IMG/VR virus record: IMGVR_UViG_3300032241_000435
Coordinates: 1 to 53,123 of that record
Strand: one strand, 5' to 3'
Origin: a virus
Lineage: Duplodnaviria > Caudoviricetes
Length of the DNA stretch: 53,123 nt
Below the pieces are notes generated by a model that saw nothing but the letters and a program-made list of their open reading frames with translations, was not told where the DNA came from and made no database searches. Below, one piece after another: positions 1 through 8,675 of this stretch (position 1 is its first letter; each line of letters starts with the position of its first letter). Both the position numbers and the translations under genes were made by a program.

Positions 1-13
1 AAGGAGCTTAAAC

Positions 14-178
14 ATGGACAAAGTAACTTTATCAACCACACTCGTGAACAACATCATGGCGTACTTGGGAACTAGACCTTTCCAAGAAGTATTTCAATTG
101 ATCCAAGAAGTTCAAAAAGAAGCTCAAGCGCAACAGCCTGCTGCTGCACCTGTACCACCTGCTTCTACAGCGGAGTAA
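14..178 (+). CDS. small hypothetical protein (54 aa), not in ORF track
   Basis: AAGGAG at 1-6, ATG at 14, MDKVTLSTTLVNNIMAYLGTRPFQEVFQLIQEVQKEAQ..., TAA at 176-178. Confidence 0.8.
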   Translation: MDKVTLSTTLVNNIMAYLGTRPFQEVFQLIQEVQKEAQAQQPAAAPVPPASTAE

Positions 179-181
179 CAA

Positions 182-901
182 ATTGATCCGTTTACACTTG
201 TCGCCCTTGCTTCTGGAGCTTTCAAGCTCTGTAAAGACGCTTGTGAAATGTACAAAGAGGGGCGGCAAATTGTTACTGACATCGCCAAGGAAGTTGATGG
301 AGTTGTCAAGGACGTTAAGAATGTACAAAAGAAAGCCAAGGGGCTATTTGGGTTCTTAACGTCCATTTTTGGTGCTAAAGACGAAATCAAGTCAGAAATT
401 GCAGAAAATCTGCAAAAAACGGCTCCAAAAGCTACCAAAAAGAAACGTCAGCCCCCACCAGAGTTTGACGAGAACCTCATTTACCAGCAGGTCAGTGATG
501 CTCTCATTAAGTTCTTTCAAGCTTACAACGCACTTAAAAACTACGTAAAGGAGCAAGAGGAGTTCGCCCTTCACGCCAACAATGAAGAAGGCCAAGAGGC
601 CGCAATCAAGATAACGATTGCCAATCTTCAGATGGAAAAGCTCAATGAAGAACTGAGTAACTATATGGTTTACCATGTGCCCGCTGAACTGAAAGATTTG
701 TATACAAGAGTTAACAAGCAGATTGGTCACATTGCTAACGTACAAGCTCTTGCTAGGCGAGAGGAAATGCTAAGGGAGCGACACGCAAGATGGCTACGGG
801 AGCAAAAAATAAACCGAATCAAGGGAAGAATGGCGGCTTCAGCTCTTACAGTTCTGATGCTAATGTGGATGTGGGCAATGATTCTGAGTCTGACTCACTA
901 G
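182..901 (+). CDS. coiled-coil protein with C-terminal transmembrane helix; probable ATT start
   Basis: ORF 248..901 extends in frame to ATT at 182 (MDPFTLVALASGAFKLCK...), GGAG at 172-175; hydrophobic C-terminus. Confidence 0.75.
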   Translation: MDPFTLVALASGAFKLCKDACEMYKEGRQIVTDIAKEVDGVVKDVKNVQKKAKGLFGFLTSIFGAKDEIKSEIAENLQKTAPKATKKKRQPPPEFDENLIYQQVSDALIKFFQAYNALKNYVKEQEEFALHANNEEGQEAAIKITIANLQMEKLNEELSNYMVYHVPAELKDLYTRVNKQIGHIANVQALARREEMLRERHARWLREQKINRIKGRMAASALTVLMLMWMWAMILSLTH

Positions 902-1032
902 CCATTGTTTTGATTATTTTGTTGTTTGCTGTCATTTTATTGTTTCTCCCAATCCTCGGATGGATGTATACTGATATACGCAAAATGGAGATTCGGGTGG
1001 AAAGAGCTTTATCAAGGATCGAAGGCAAATGA
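790..1032 (+). CDS. small single-TM membrane protein (true start may be GTG 865 or 871)
   Basis: Hydrophobic LAIVLIILLFAVILLFLPILGW followed by short coiled coil; ATGA overlap with next gene. Confidence 0.65.
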   Translation: MATGAKNKPNQGKNGGFSSYSSDANVDVGNDSESDSLAIVLIILLFAVILLFLPILGWMYTDIRKMEIRVERALSRIEGK

Positions 1033-1277
1033 TTAAAAAATCCAGTTTTGTATATACATCAATATTGATATGTATACTTTTTGCAGGATGTCACGATTCT
1101 TATCGCTATGAGTGTCAGAATCCTGAGAACTTTGGAAAAGATATTTGTCAAAAGCCCAGGTGTGAGTTCGATCAGGACTGCCCTGAATATCTCGTAGCCC
1201 CTATATTGGAGAAAAAAATTGAAGGAACTACTTCTAGCGCTCCTCAACAATCCATCCCAGCGACTAACTGCCGATGA
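1029..1277 (+). CDS. small Cys-rich lipoprotein
   Basis: Basic N-terminus, hydrophobic core, lipobox-like FAGC, then RYECQNPENF...CQKPRC...CPE. Confidence 0.75.
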   Translation: MIKKSSFVYTSILICILFAGCHDSYRYECQNPENFGKDICQKPRCEFDQDCPEYLVAPILEKKIEGTTSSAPQQSIPATNCR

Positions 1278-1677
1278 AATTGAGGTAAGGATCAGGGGAT
1301 TCGTCATCGTTGTGGTGACCCTGATATTTGCTTTTATAACATTTGCGCTATTGTATTCAGTCACGTTTGTGACTCAGCCCATCAAGGCTATGGCTCCTAT
1401 CGACCAAGCCTATACCAAGATGCTGAACGACATCGTTCTTCTCATTGTGGGCGGTATTGGGGGTATTATGACCAAAGGCTTGACTAATGAAGCTACTAAT
1501 ATGATGAACGCAGCTAAGGCCAACAAGGATGCATATGTGGCTCCTCCTCCCCCTCCTCCTGCTCCTATTATTGTTTCTGCTCCTAATTGGACTCCACCTC
1601 CTCCGCCCGTCTCGTCTCCTACATTGGAGGATGAAGAAACTAGAGAAAGAATGGCAAGAGCAAGGGCAGGACTATGA
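1219..1677 (+). CDS. two-TM membrane protein with Pro-rich tail (holin candidate)
   Basis: TTG start with GGAG at 1208-1211; two hydrophobic segments; lies in lysis region. Confidence 0.65.
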   Translation: MKELLLALLNNPSQRLTADEIEVRIRGFVIVVVTLIFAFITFALLYSVTFVTQPIKAMAPIDQAYTKMLNDIVLLIVGGIGGIMTKGLTNEATNMMNAAKANKDAYVAPPPPPPAPIIVSAPNWTPPPPPVSSPTLEDEETRERMARARAGL

Positions 1678-2145
1678 ATTTGTTGCAAATGGATGGTGTT
1701 GTTTTTTTGCTTTTAAATAAGCCTCATTTGCTTTTTCTTCAGTTAAAAAATATTCACAAAATATTGTTTTTCTATTTAACATTAATTTTGCGCAAAATCT
1801 TTTTAGTCTTTTGTCAAAATGAACACCAAGTTTTTTCCTATTTTGACCATTTTCAGAAGCATTTGCTTCTCTTAAATTGCAAATTCTATTGTCATTTGGA
1901 ATGCAATTTATGTGATCGATTGATAATTTTGGGAAAACACCATAAACATAAAGCCAAGCTAATCTGTGAGCCTTATAAGATTTTCCATGTATACCAATTT
2001 CCAAATAACCCTGAATCATTGATCCAGCAGTTTTGCCAATTTTTGCACGTTGTGAAAGTCTTTTTTTCCAAACAAAAATTCCAGTATTGGAGTCGTAATC
2101 CAATATTGAATGTAAATATTCTTGAGTTAAAATGAAATTAGTCAT
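1672..2145 (-). mobile_element. free-standing HNH homing endonuclease with AP2-like C-terminus
   Basis: AHRLAWLYVYG...IDHINCIPNDNRICNLRE HNH motif; GGAGG RBS at 2152-2156; antisense to late operon; AT-rich. Confidence 0.88.
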
Positions 2146-2151
2146 GAGACA

Positions 2152-2216
2152 CCTCCATGTCGATTGATTAGAAACTCATTGGCACTGCAATGCCTATGGG
2201 TTTCGACATTATATCA
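2152..2216 (-). promoter_or_regulatory. HNH promoter/leader: extended -10 plus nested inverted repeats
   Basis: TGATATAAT at 2216-2208; hairpin 2171-2204; ATGTCGA/TCGACAT at 2157-2163 and 2203-2209. Confidence 0.6.
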
Positions 2217-2225
2217 AAGGGAAAA

Positions 2226-2807
2226 ATGTTAAGTTTAATGTTTTCTTTTTTTAGTAATTTAATTTATTATTTTGCAATATCTGCAATTTTTTTAGGTATT
2301 GTTTTATACATATTAAGCAAAATAACTAATTTATTACCAATTTTCAAAGGTTATTCTTTGTTAATGCAAGTTTTTGGTATTTTTTTAACTTTAGGAGGTT
2401 TGGCTTATGTATCAAATATTAATGGCTATGAAAGACGGGTTGCAGAAGATAAAGCAGAAATTGAGCGACTTAATGGCGAAGCTCGAGAAAAAGAAGTCGA
2501 GCTCGGACAAAAGCTCGCAAGAGCCACCAGCCAACTAAAACAGGCTAAAAATGACATCAAAATTAAACAGGCTAGTATTGATGCTCGCATTGACTCTGGC
2601 GAGTTGCGCCTCCCCTCCACCTGTGGTGTACAAGCCAGTACAAGTGCCTCCAATGGAAATCAAGCCGATGGAGCCGAATCTGACAGACAGACTGTTAAAA
2701 ATATTGTCGCCATCGCCTCAGACGGAGACAAAGCAATCGTCAAGCTCAACGCCTGTATCAGCCAATATAACGAAGTGATGCAAACTGTTAACGAGGGGGT
2801 TAAATGA
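2226..2807 (+). CDS. Rz-like inner-membrane spanin
   Basis: N-terminal TMs, coiled coil, LRLP...C...GDKAIVKLNACISQY Rz-type tail; contains embedded lipoprotein; AAGGGA before ATG 2226. Confidence 0.82.
   Translation: MLSLMFSFFSNLIYYFAISAIFLGIVLYILSKITNLLPIFKGYSLLMQVFGIFLTLGGLAYVSNINGYERRVAEDKAEIERLNGEAREKEVELGQKLARATSQLKQAKNDIKIKQASIDARIDSGELRLPSTCGVQASTSASNGNQADGAESDRQTVKNIVAIASDGDKAIVKLNACISQYNEVMQTVNEGVK
2551..2778 (+). CDS. Rz1-like outer-membrane spanin lipoprotein embedded in Rz
   Basis: +1 frame; signal peptide with lipobox LASC; Pro-rich mature part (lambda-type embedded arrangement). Confidence 0.82.
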   Translation: MTSKLNRLVLMLALTLASCASPPPVVYKPVQVPPMEIKPMEPNLTDRLLKILSPSPQTETKQSSSSTPVSANITK

Positions 2808-2878
2808 ACGACAAAATTACCATTATTTTGATGTGCCTGGTTGTGGCAGTTTTATTTATGATATTGGTGCAAGTATGA
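2804..2878 (+). CDS. 24-aa single-TM peptide, not in ORF track
   Basis: MNDKITIILMCLVVAVLFMILVQV; ATGA overlaps with Rz stop and endolysin start; GAGGGGG upstream. Confidence 0.65.
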   Translation: MNDKITIILMCLVVAVLFMILVQV

Positions 2879-3468
2879 TTACTGTTGACCAACTTCACCG
2901 TTTGGGAATAGGCTCTCAATGGGAAGGCCCATTAAATGCAACTTTTGCCAAGTTTGGGATTGATGATGATAACAAGCAAGCTGCGTTTATTGGACAGTGT
3001 GCACACGAGTGCAACCATTTCAAAACACTGGAAGAAAACCTCAATTACTCCGCAGCAGGACTTCAAGAGCATTTTCACACCCACTTTCAACCAAGCGAAT
3101 ACGAGCTTTTTGCCCACAAACCTGAAAAAATTGCCAACAGAATTTACGCCAATCGAGGCGGCAATCGAAATGAGGCGTCAGAAGATGGGTATCGCTTCCA
3201 CGGGCGAGGCTGTATCCAGCTCACATTTCATGATAACTACTGGCACTTTGGTCAAGCCGTGGGTCAGGATTTTGTAGCTCATCCTGAATTAGTAGCAACC
3301 CCAATGTATGCTTGTATGAGTGCTGGCTGGTTCTGGGCAACTCACGGTTGTAGTCCCTTAGCAGAAGCTAAAAACTGGCAAATGCTGACTAAGCGCATCA
3401 ATGGCGGTACATTTGGAATCCAAGAACGTATTGCTTTAACTGAACAAGCCTTGACTCTGATGGGCTAA
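2875..3468 (+). CDS. endolysin, glycoside hydrolase family 19
   Basis: AAFIGQCAHE, ENLNYS, GRGCIQLT, SAGWFW, TKRINGG motifs; start at ATG 2875. Confidence 0.92.
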   Translation: MITVDQLHRLGIGSQWEGPLNATFAKFGIDDDNKQAAFIGQCAHECNHFKTLEENLNYSAAGLQEHFHTHFQPSEYELFAHKPEKIANRIYANRGGNRNEASEDGYRFHGRGCIQLTFHDNYWHFGQAVGQDFVAHPELVATPMYACMSAGWFWATHGCSPLAEAKNWQMLTKRINGGTFGIQERIALTEQALTLMG

Positions 3469-3479
3469 GAGCCCATAAT
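3451..3479 (+). promoter_or_regulatory. sigma70-like promoter
   Basis: TTGACT-N17-CATAAT, overlapping alternative AGCCCA/TGGGCT hairpins. Confidence 0.55.
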
Positions 3480-3522
3480 CGATCTGGGCTAATCCCCCTT
3501 TTTTAACCTTTAGGAGAAATTT

Positions 3523-3825
3523 ATGGCAATGAGCTATGAGCAGTTTATGCAAGCCTCTGGCGCAGAACTTGTATGCGGTAACTTGATTGTTGGCATGATG
3601 CAAAATCGTAGAAAGATTGGCGATCGTCTTGACGGAACTTTTACTTTAAATGATGAAGGATTAAAGCTTCTTGCTGAGATCGAAAGCAAAATGGGAATTA
3701 CCGATGCAACCCCCGAAATCGCTGTAAAACCCAAAAAGAAAGCTAAAGATACATCAACGGAAACTGTTGATTTAGGCGATAATATTGTTATTCCTAAGAT
3801 TACTGAGGAAGATTTACTCGTCTAA
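3523..3825 (+). CDS. hypothetical protein
   Basis: AGGAG RBS, 100-aa ORF. Confidence 0.75.
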   Translation: MAMSYEQFMQASGAELVCGNLIVGMMQNRRKIGDRLDGTFTLNDEGLKLLAEIESKMGITDATPEIAVKPKKKAKDTSTETVDLGDNIVIPKITEEDLLV

Positions 3826-3840
3826 TAGGAGAATGGGGTC

Positions 3841-5526
3841 ATGCCAGCATTAAAATTAGAATCTTTTTCTGGAATTAATCCTCGTACTGGCCCCACTTTA
3901 CTTGCTGATAATCAAGCTCAAGTAGCTTCTAATCTCAAGATTCAGTCAGGTGAAATCCGTCCTTGGAAATCCCCAACGACTGTTTATTCGCCTTACTATA
4001 CATCTGCAACTAATTCTATTTATAAGTTTATAGGCCCTGCTGGTGTTTCACCTAGCTATGTTTGGCTTGAATGGACTGGAATTGTAGACGTTGTTCCTGG
4101 CCCAGTTGCTGATTTAACTGATGATAGGTTATATTTTACAAGTACATCGTTTTCTGTAGGCCCTAGAAAAACTAACTGGGCGCTAGCTACTGGTAATAGC
4201 ATTGGTGTAAAACCATTTCCTAATGCTTACTATGAATTAGGTGTTCCTTATCCTACAGCAGCCCCAACAGTTACGGTAGCTGGAACAGGAACAGCGCCAG
4301 TCGAAACACGCACATACATATATACATATGTAACTCAATTTGGTACTGTTCTTGAAGAGTCAGCCCCAAGTCCTCCATCAGTTCAAGTTAATGTAAATTT
4401 TTCTGGTGATTCAGTAACCATCAATAACTTTGCCACACCTCCTTCTGGTAATTACAACTTTGTTTATAAACGTATTTATCGATCTGTTGTTGGAACAACA
4501 AGTGTTGGTTATGAGTTAGTTGCTCAAATCCCAATAGCAAACACGTCTTATACAGATACTGTAGCTGCTGCTAGCCTCGGGCCTGTTTTAACTTCTTTAT
4601 ACTACACTCCACCACCTTCTACATTACAAGGTATTGTGGCTATGCCTAATGGCATATTAGCTGGGTTTACAGGTAATCAAATTTGGTTTTGTGAGCCTTA
4701 TTTGCCTCATGCTTGGCCTGTCAACTATATGTTGACAACGGATTATCCTATAGTGGGATTAGGCACATATAACAATTCTTTATTTGTGGGAACGATAAAG
4801 GAACCTTATTTAGTCACTGGAACAACTCCAGCTTCAATGTCTCAAGAAAAACTTGCATTGATGCAGCCATGCATTTCTAAATTATCAATTGCATCTGACC
4901 AATATGGCGTACTTTACGCTAGCCCTAATGGACTTGTTTCCATTTCTACAGGTGCAGCTGATGTGATTACAAGTTCTATTTTTACTCGAGACGACTGGCA
5001 GGCGCTAAACCCAGCTTCGATGCAGGGTGTTTTGTATAACGACATGTATTTTGGTTTCTACCAAACGACTGGCGGTGCTTACAATTCCTTGGTCTTGCTT
5101 CGTCAAGATACCCCGCCACTTGTCAATTTTTCTGCCGCTGCTAGAGCTTTTTATGTTGAGCCTACAACTGGTATTTTGAATATTTTAGATAACACATCTA
5201 ATACTATTGTTGCTCTTGATACCAGCACAAGTTCAAACACTGTGTTTGACTGGAAGTCCAAAAAGTTTTTACACGCTAAACCGACAGTTTATACAAGTTT
5301 GCAAGTTCATGCTGACTATGTTTACATGGCAGCCAACTCAGGTTCTTATGTAACGATTACAGTTTATGCCGATGGAACATCAATTTATAGTGGCAATGCT
5401 ACTAGTGATTATCCTATCCGTATTGCTGGTGCAAGAGCTTATGTTTGGGAAATTGAAATCACAGGTAATGTGCCTGTTCGTAGAGTAAATCTTGCATCTA
5501 GCATGGTTGAAATTGGAGGAATTTGA
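3841..5526 (+). CDS. virion tail/nozzle (stabilisation-type) protein
   Basis: 561 aa, beta-rich, SEP-like FCEPYLPHAWP segment; position before tail and ejection genes. Confidence 0.65.
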   Translation: MPALKLESFSGINPRTGPTLLADNQAQVASNLKIQSGEIRPWKSPTTVYSPYYTSATNSIYKFIGPAGVSPSYVWLEWTGIVDVVPGPVADLTDDRLYFTSTSFSVGPRKTNWALATGNSIGVKPFPNAYYELGVPYPTAAPTVTVAGTGTAPVETRTYIYTYVTQFGTVLEESAPSPPSVQVNVNFSGDSVTINNFATPPSGNYNFVYKRIYRSVVGTTSVGYELVAQIPIANTSYTDTVAAASLGPVLTSLYYTPPPSTLQGIVAMPNGILAGFTGNQIWFCEPYLPHAWPVNYMLTTDYPIVGLGTYNNSLFVGTIKEPYLVTGTTPASMSQEKLALMQPCISKLSIASDQYGVLYASPNGLVSISTGAADVITSSIFTRDDWQALNPASMQGVLYNDMYFGFYQTTGGAYNSLVLLRQDTPPLVNFSAAARAFYVEPTTGILNILDNTSNTIVALDTSTSSNTVFDWKSKKFLHAKPTVYTSLQVHADYVYMAANSGSYVTITVYADGTSIYSGNATSDYPIRIAGARAYVWEIEITGNVPVRRVNLASSMVEIGGI

Positions 5527-7769
5527 TGGCAAGCTTACCTGATTTTCCATCGATACCATCAGTAACTGCTATTAGCGATCCTACAATTGCGGCGGTCCTT
5601 CGCCCAATGCGTGAAAGTCTTTTGATTATTACTGGTGCTTTGTCAGGAGATTCATTACCTAATGGAACAGTAATTACTAGCGGGTTAAATCCTGTTATTT
5701 CAAATCCAACATTACCAGATGGATTAACAGATTACAGTACCCCTCCAGCACCAACAAATCTTACGGCTACTGGAGCATTTGCTACTGTTATCCTTAGTTG
5801 GGATGCTGCAAAATTTGCAAGTTATGCCTATACTGAAATTTGGAGAGCTTCGATTAATGCCATTGGAGCAGCTAGTCTAATTGGCTCGACTCCTGGAAAT
5901 GTTTTTTCTGATGCTATTGGAAATAATACTACTGATTACTACTGGGTAAGGTTTGTAAATAAAGCTGGGGTTATTGGCCCATTTAATCTTCCAGGGGGTA
6001 CTGCTGGCACAACTGCCATTAATCCATCTTTGGTTATTGCGAGCTTAACTAATTCAATTACAAGTACTCAGTTATACAGTAGTCTTGCTTCTGAGATTGC
6101 TTTGATTCCTGGGCTTTCGACATCTGTTGCAGCAAACACAGCCAGTATTACTACGATTAGCTCACACCAATCAACTCAAGATTCCAGTATTGCAACTCTT
6201 AATACTGAGGTTGCTGCTAATACAACAAGTATTAGCTCTTTAAATGGAACTGTAAGTTCTAATAGTTCTGCAATCTCTACTTTACAAAGTACACAGACTT
6301 CTCAAGCTAGTTCAATTGCTTCTTTGACCACAACTGTCAGTTCACAAAGTTCAACAATTAGCGCTCAAGGAACAACTATTGCTAGCAATAGTGCTGCAAT
6401 TTCTACTTTACAAAGTACACAGACTTCGCAGGGTAGTTCGATCGCTTCGTTAACGACTACAGTTAGTTCTCAAGGCACAACCCTTAGTTCTCAAGGCACA
6501 CAGATTGCCAGCAATACAGCATCAATTTCTACGCAAGCAACTTCCATTAGTGGTTTGCAAGCTCAGTACACAGTTAAGATTGATGTTAATGGTTATGTAT
6601 CTGGTTTTGGTTTAGCTAGTACACCAGTTAATGGAACGCCATATTCGACATTTATTGTTAGAGCTGACTCATTTTCTATTGCGGCTCCTGGAACTGGTAC
6701 GTATGTACCTTTCATTGTTCAGACTTCAGGTACGACTGTAAATGGAGTGTATCGCCCTCCTGGAACTTACATTAATGATGCATTCATTGCCAATGGTGTC
6801 ATTGGTAATGCTCAGATTGGTACTGCTGCTATTGACGATGCCAAGATATCAAACGTAACAGCAAACAAAATTACTGCTGGTTCTTTGACTGCTGGTAATT
6901 ACATTCAATCTGCAACTTATATTTCAGGTTCTACTGGCTGGAATATTAATTCTAATGGAACGGCTGAATTTGGAAGTGTCACAGCTAGAGGTTCATTACA
7001 AGCTGGCACAGCAACTTATAGCGGTGGAACTGTTTCTGGTTCAGGCGCAGCTTTAAATTCTAATGGAACTTTTGCTCTTGGTAGTTCATCTGCTAATTTA
7101 ACTTTTAACGGTAGTACTTTTAATATTTCTGGCAGCCAATTCCAAGTCGGAACAGCTGCCTTATCTGGAGGTTCATCTTCAAGCGCCACGACCATGAGTG
7201 GTAGCGGAGCTATTTTGTATCCAAGTGGAGCTTTTGCTCTTGGTGGTTCAAGTACTAATCCTCTTGGTGTGACTCAAAGTATTGTTAATTCCAGCTCTGG
7301 TATTTATATCAATGGATTTACAACACAATTTAATGCAGCTGTTGCAGGCGGTTCTTCCATTGCTTCGCCATTGACTTTGATTACTTTTACGGTTACTGCT
7401 GCCAATGCAAATTCTTATGGTTTACTGACTACAACTTTTAGTCTTTTGCATATTTTGGCAGGTAATACAGCTTCAACTGAATGTATAACGTCTATTAATG
7501 TTACGCTTTCTTGTTCTAGCCCTTACTATAGTGCTACATACAATGCTGTTAATATTATTCCTTGTGCACTAAAGTTGTATACAGGAGGTGTTAGTTCATT
7601 CTCTGGGCAACAACTTTCTTTTGATTTCCCATTAAAAGTTCCCGCTGGAACATACACACTTTCTATTAGCGGTACTAACACTTTTCATGACAATGGCGGT
7701 GGTTTACAAGGCTATGGAGTTGTTGTGGCTTCTGATTGTTACAGCACTTGGTATCAGGCACAAGTATGA
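5526..7769 (+). CDS. tail fibre / host-specificity protein (FN3, coiled-coil repeats, DUF1983-like)
   Basis: PPAPTNLTATG...YYWVRFVN; QYTVKIDVNGYVSGFGL...FIVRADSFSI; AKISNVTANKITAG; followed by chaperone gene. Confidence 0.78.
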   Translation: MASLPDFPSIPSVTAISDPTIAAVLRPMRESLLIITGALSGDSLPNGTVITSGLNPVISNPTLPDGLTDYSTPPAPTNLTATGAFATVILSWDAAKFASYAYTEIWRASINAIGAASLIGSTPGNVFSDAIGNNTTDYYWVRFVNKAGVIGPFNLPGGTAGTTAINPSLVIASLTNSITSTQLYSSLASEIALIPGLSTSVAANTASITTISSHQSTQDSSIATLNTEVAANTTSISSLNGTVSSNSSAISTLQSTQTSQASSIASLTTTVSSQSSTISAQGTTIASNSAAISTLQSTQTSQGSSIASLTTTVSSQGTTLSSQGTQIASNTASISTQATSISGLQAQYTVKIDVNGYVSGFGLASTPVNGTPYSTFIVRADSFSIAAPGTGTYVPFIVQTSGTTVNGVYRPPGTYINDAFIANGVIGNAQIGTAAIDDAKISNVTANKITAGSLTAGNYIQSATYISGSTGWNINSNGTAEFGSVTARGSLQAGTATYSGGTVSGSGAALNSNGTFALGSSSANLTFNGSTFNISGSQFQVGTAALSGGSSSSATTMSGSGAILYPSGAFALGGSSTNPLGVTQSIVNSSSGIYINGFTTQFNAAVAGGSSIASPLTLITFTVTAANANSYGLLTTTFSLLHILAGNTASTECITSINVTLSCSSPYYSATYNAVNIIPCALKLYTGGVSSFSGQQLSFDFPLKVPAGTYTLSISGTNTFHDNGGGLQGYGVVVASDCYSTWYQAQV
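6258..6530 (+). repeat. 126-bp (42-aa) coding tandem repeat, about 2.2 copies
   Basis: SNSSAISTLQSTQTSQASSIASLTTTVSSQ / SNSAAISTLQSTQTSQGSSIASLTTTVSSQ; TTAGTTCTCAAGGCACA repeated at 21-bp spacing. Confidence 0.85.
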
Positions 7770-8224
7770 AAAACTATACAATTTTTAATCCTACTACGGG
7801 TGAAATCGTTCAATCAGGTGTTTGTTCGGATGACGACTACCAACATCAAATTATTTCTGATTGTCAAACTATTGAAGGTAAAAGTGACTACAAATTAAAT
7901 TATGTAGTTAATGGGCAAATTCAGACTTATACAGATGTCCAAAGAGAAGCCAAGGCAGCAGCGCATCCTTTGTATTTTGTTTGGAGTAATTCATCTTTTT
8001 CATGGGTTGACCCAACTACTCCTGACCAACAAAAAGCCACTCAAATTTCAGTTGTGAATACAAAAAGAGATAATCTTTTATCCGCTTCTGACTGGATAGT
8101 CGTTCGGGCTACTGACCAAGGGACTGCTATTCCTGCCGAATGGAAAACATACAGGCAAGCTCTAAGAGACATACCCACTCAAACAGGTTATCCTTTTAAC
8201 GTGGTTTGGCCTACGTCTCCTTGA
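7766..8224 (+). CDS. tail fibre assembly chaperone
   Basis: RDNLLSASDW...WKTYRQALRDIP...VVWPTSP; ATGA overlap with fibre gene. Confidence 0.88.
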   Translation: MKNYTIFNPTTGEIVQSGVCSDDDYQHQIISDCQTIEGKSDYKLNYVVNGQIQTYTDVQREAKAAAHPLYFVWSNSSFSWVDPTTPDQQKATQISVVNTKRDNLLSASDWIVVRATDQGTAIPAEWKTYRQALRDIPTQTGYPFNVVWPTSP

Positions 8225-8249
8225 TTAAACCAGTTTTAACGCCTAAAAT

Positions 8250-8675
8250 ATGAAAAAAATTGTATACGGAGAAGATGCTAGACTGCTTGCTTGGCTTGAA
8301 CCGAGGCTCGAAGGTCACTTTTCTCCAACGAATGCAACAGCTTTTGGGGTTGAAGATGATAACGAAATCATCGGAGTTGTAGCATTTAATTACTATTCAG
8401 GAACATCTGTCCACATGAATGTCGCTGCGTTACCTGGTCGTTATTGGTTAACAAAAGAATTTTTGTGGCGCAGCTTTGCTTATCCTTTTCTTCAGTTAAA
8501 GTGTAATCGAGTTACCGCATTGGTACGTGAAGACAATATTCATGCTCAAAAGTTTGACGAAAATCTTGGATTTGTCCGAGAAGGTTTACTTAGAAAAGAA
8601 AGTAAAGACGGACAAAATATGATTGTGTACGGTATGCTTAAAGAAGAATGCCGTTTTTTGGAGATTAAAGTATGA
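8250..8675 (+). CDS. GNAT-fold acetyltransferase (virion morphogenesis associated)
   Basis: RVTALVREDNIHAQKFDENLGFVREGLLRK...YGMLKEEC; directly upstream of ejection genes. Confidence 0.85.
   Translation: MKKIVYGEDARLLAWLEPRLEGHFSPTNATAFGVEDDNEIIGVVAFNYYSGTSVHMNVAALPGRYWLTKEFLWRSFAYPFLQLKCNRVTALVREDNIHAQKFDENLGFVREGLLRKESKDGQNMIVYGMLKEECRFLEIKV

Noticed and set aside
14-901. Stop-codon readthrough or alternative genetic code joining the first two ORFs
   Set aside because: TAA ends many clear genes here, and SD plus ATT explains the frame continuity.
1674-2135. 153-aa plus-strand ORF opposite the HNH gene
   Set aside because: Leu/Phe/Cys-rich antisense shadow with no motifs; the minus strand has a clear HNH and RBS.
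5526-7769. Diversity-generating retroelement
   Set aside because: No reverse transcriptase recognised; the repeats differ at mixed synonymous sites rather than adenine-specific positions.
8221-8249. TTGATT-N17-TAAAAT promoter for the GNAT gene
   Set aside because: The -10 abuts the ATG, so the transcript would start inside the ORF; may be chance in AT-rich DNA.
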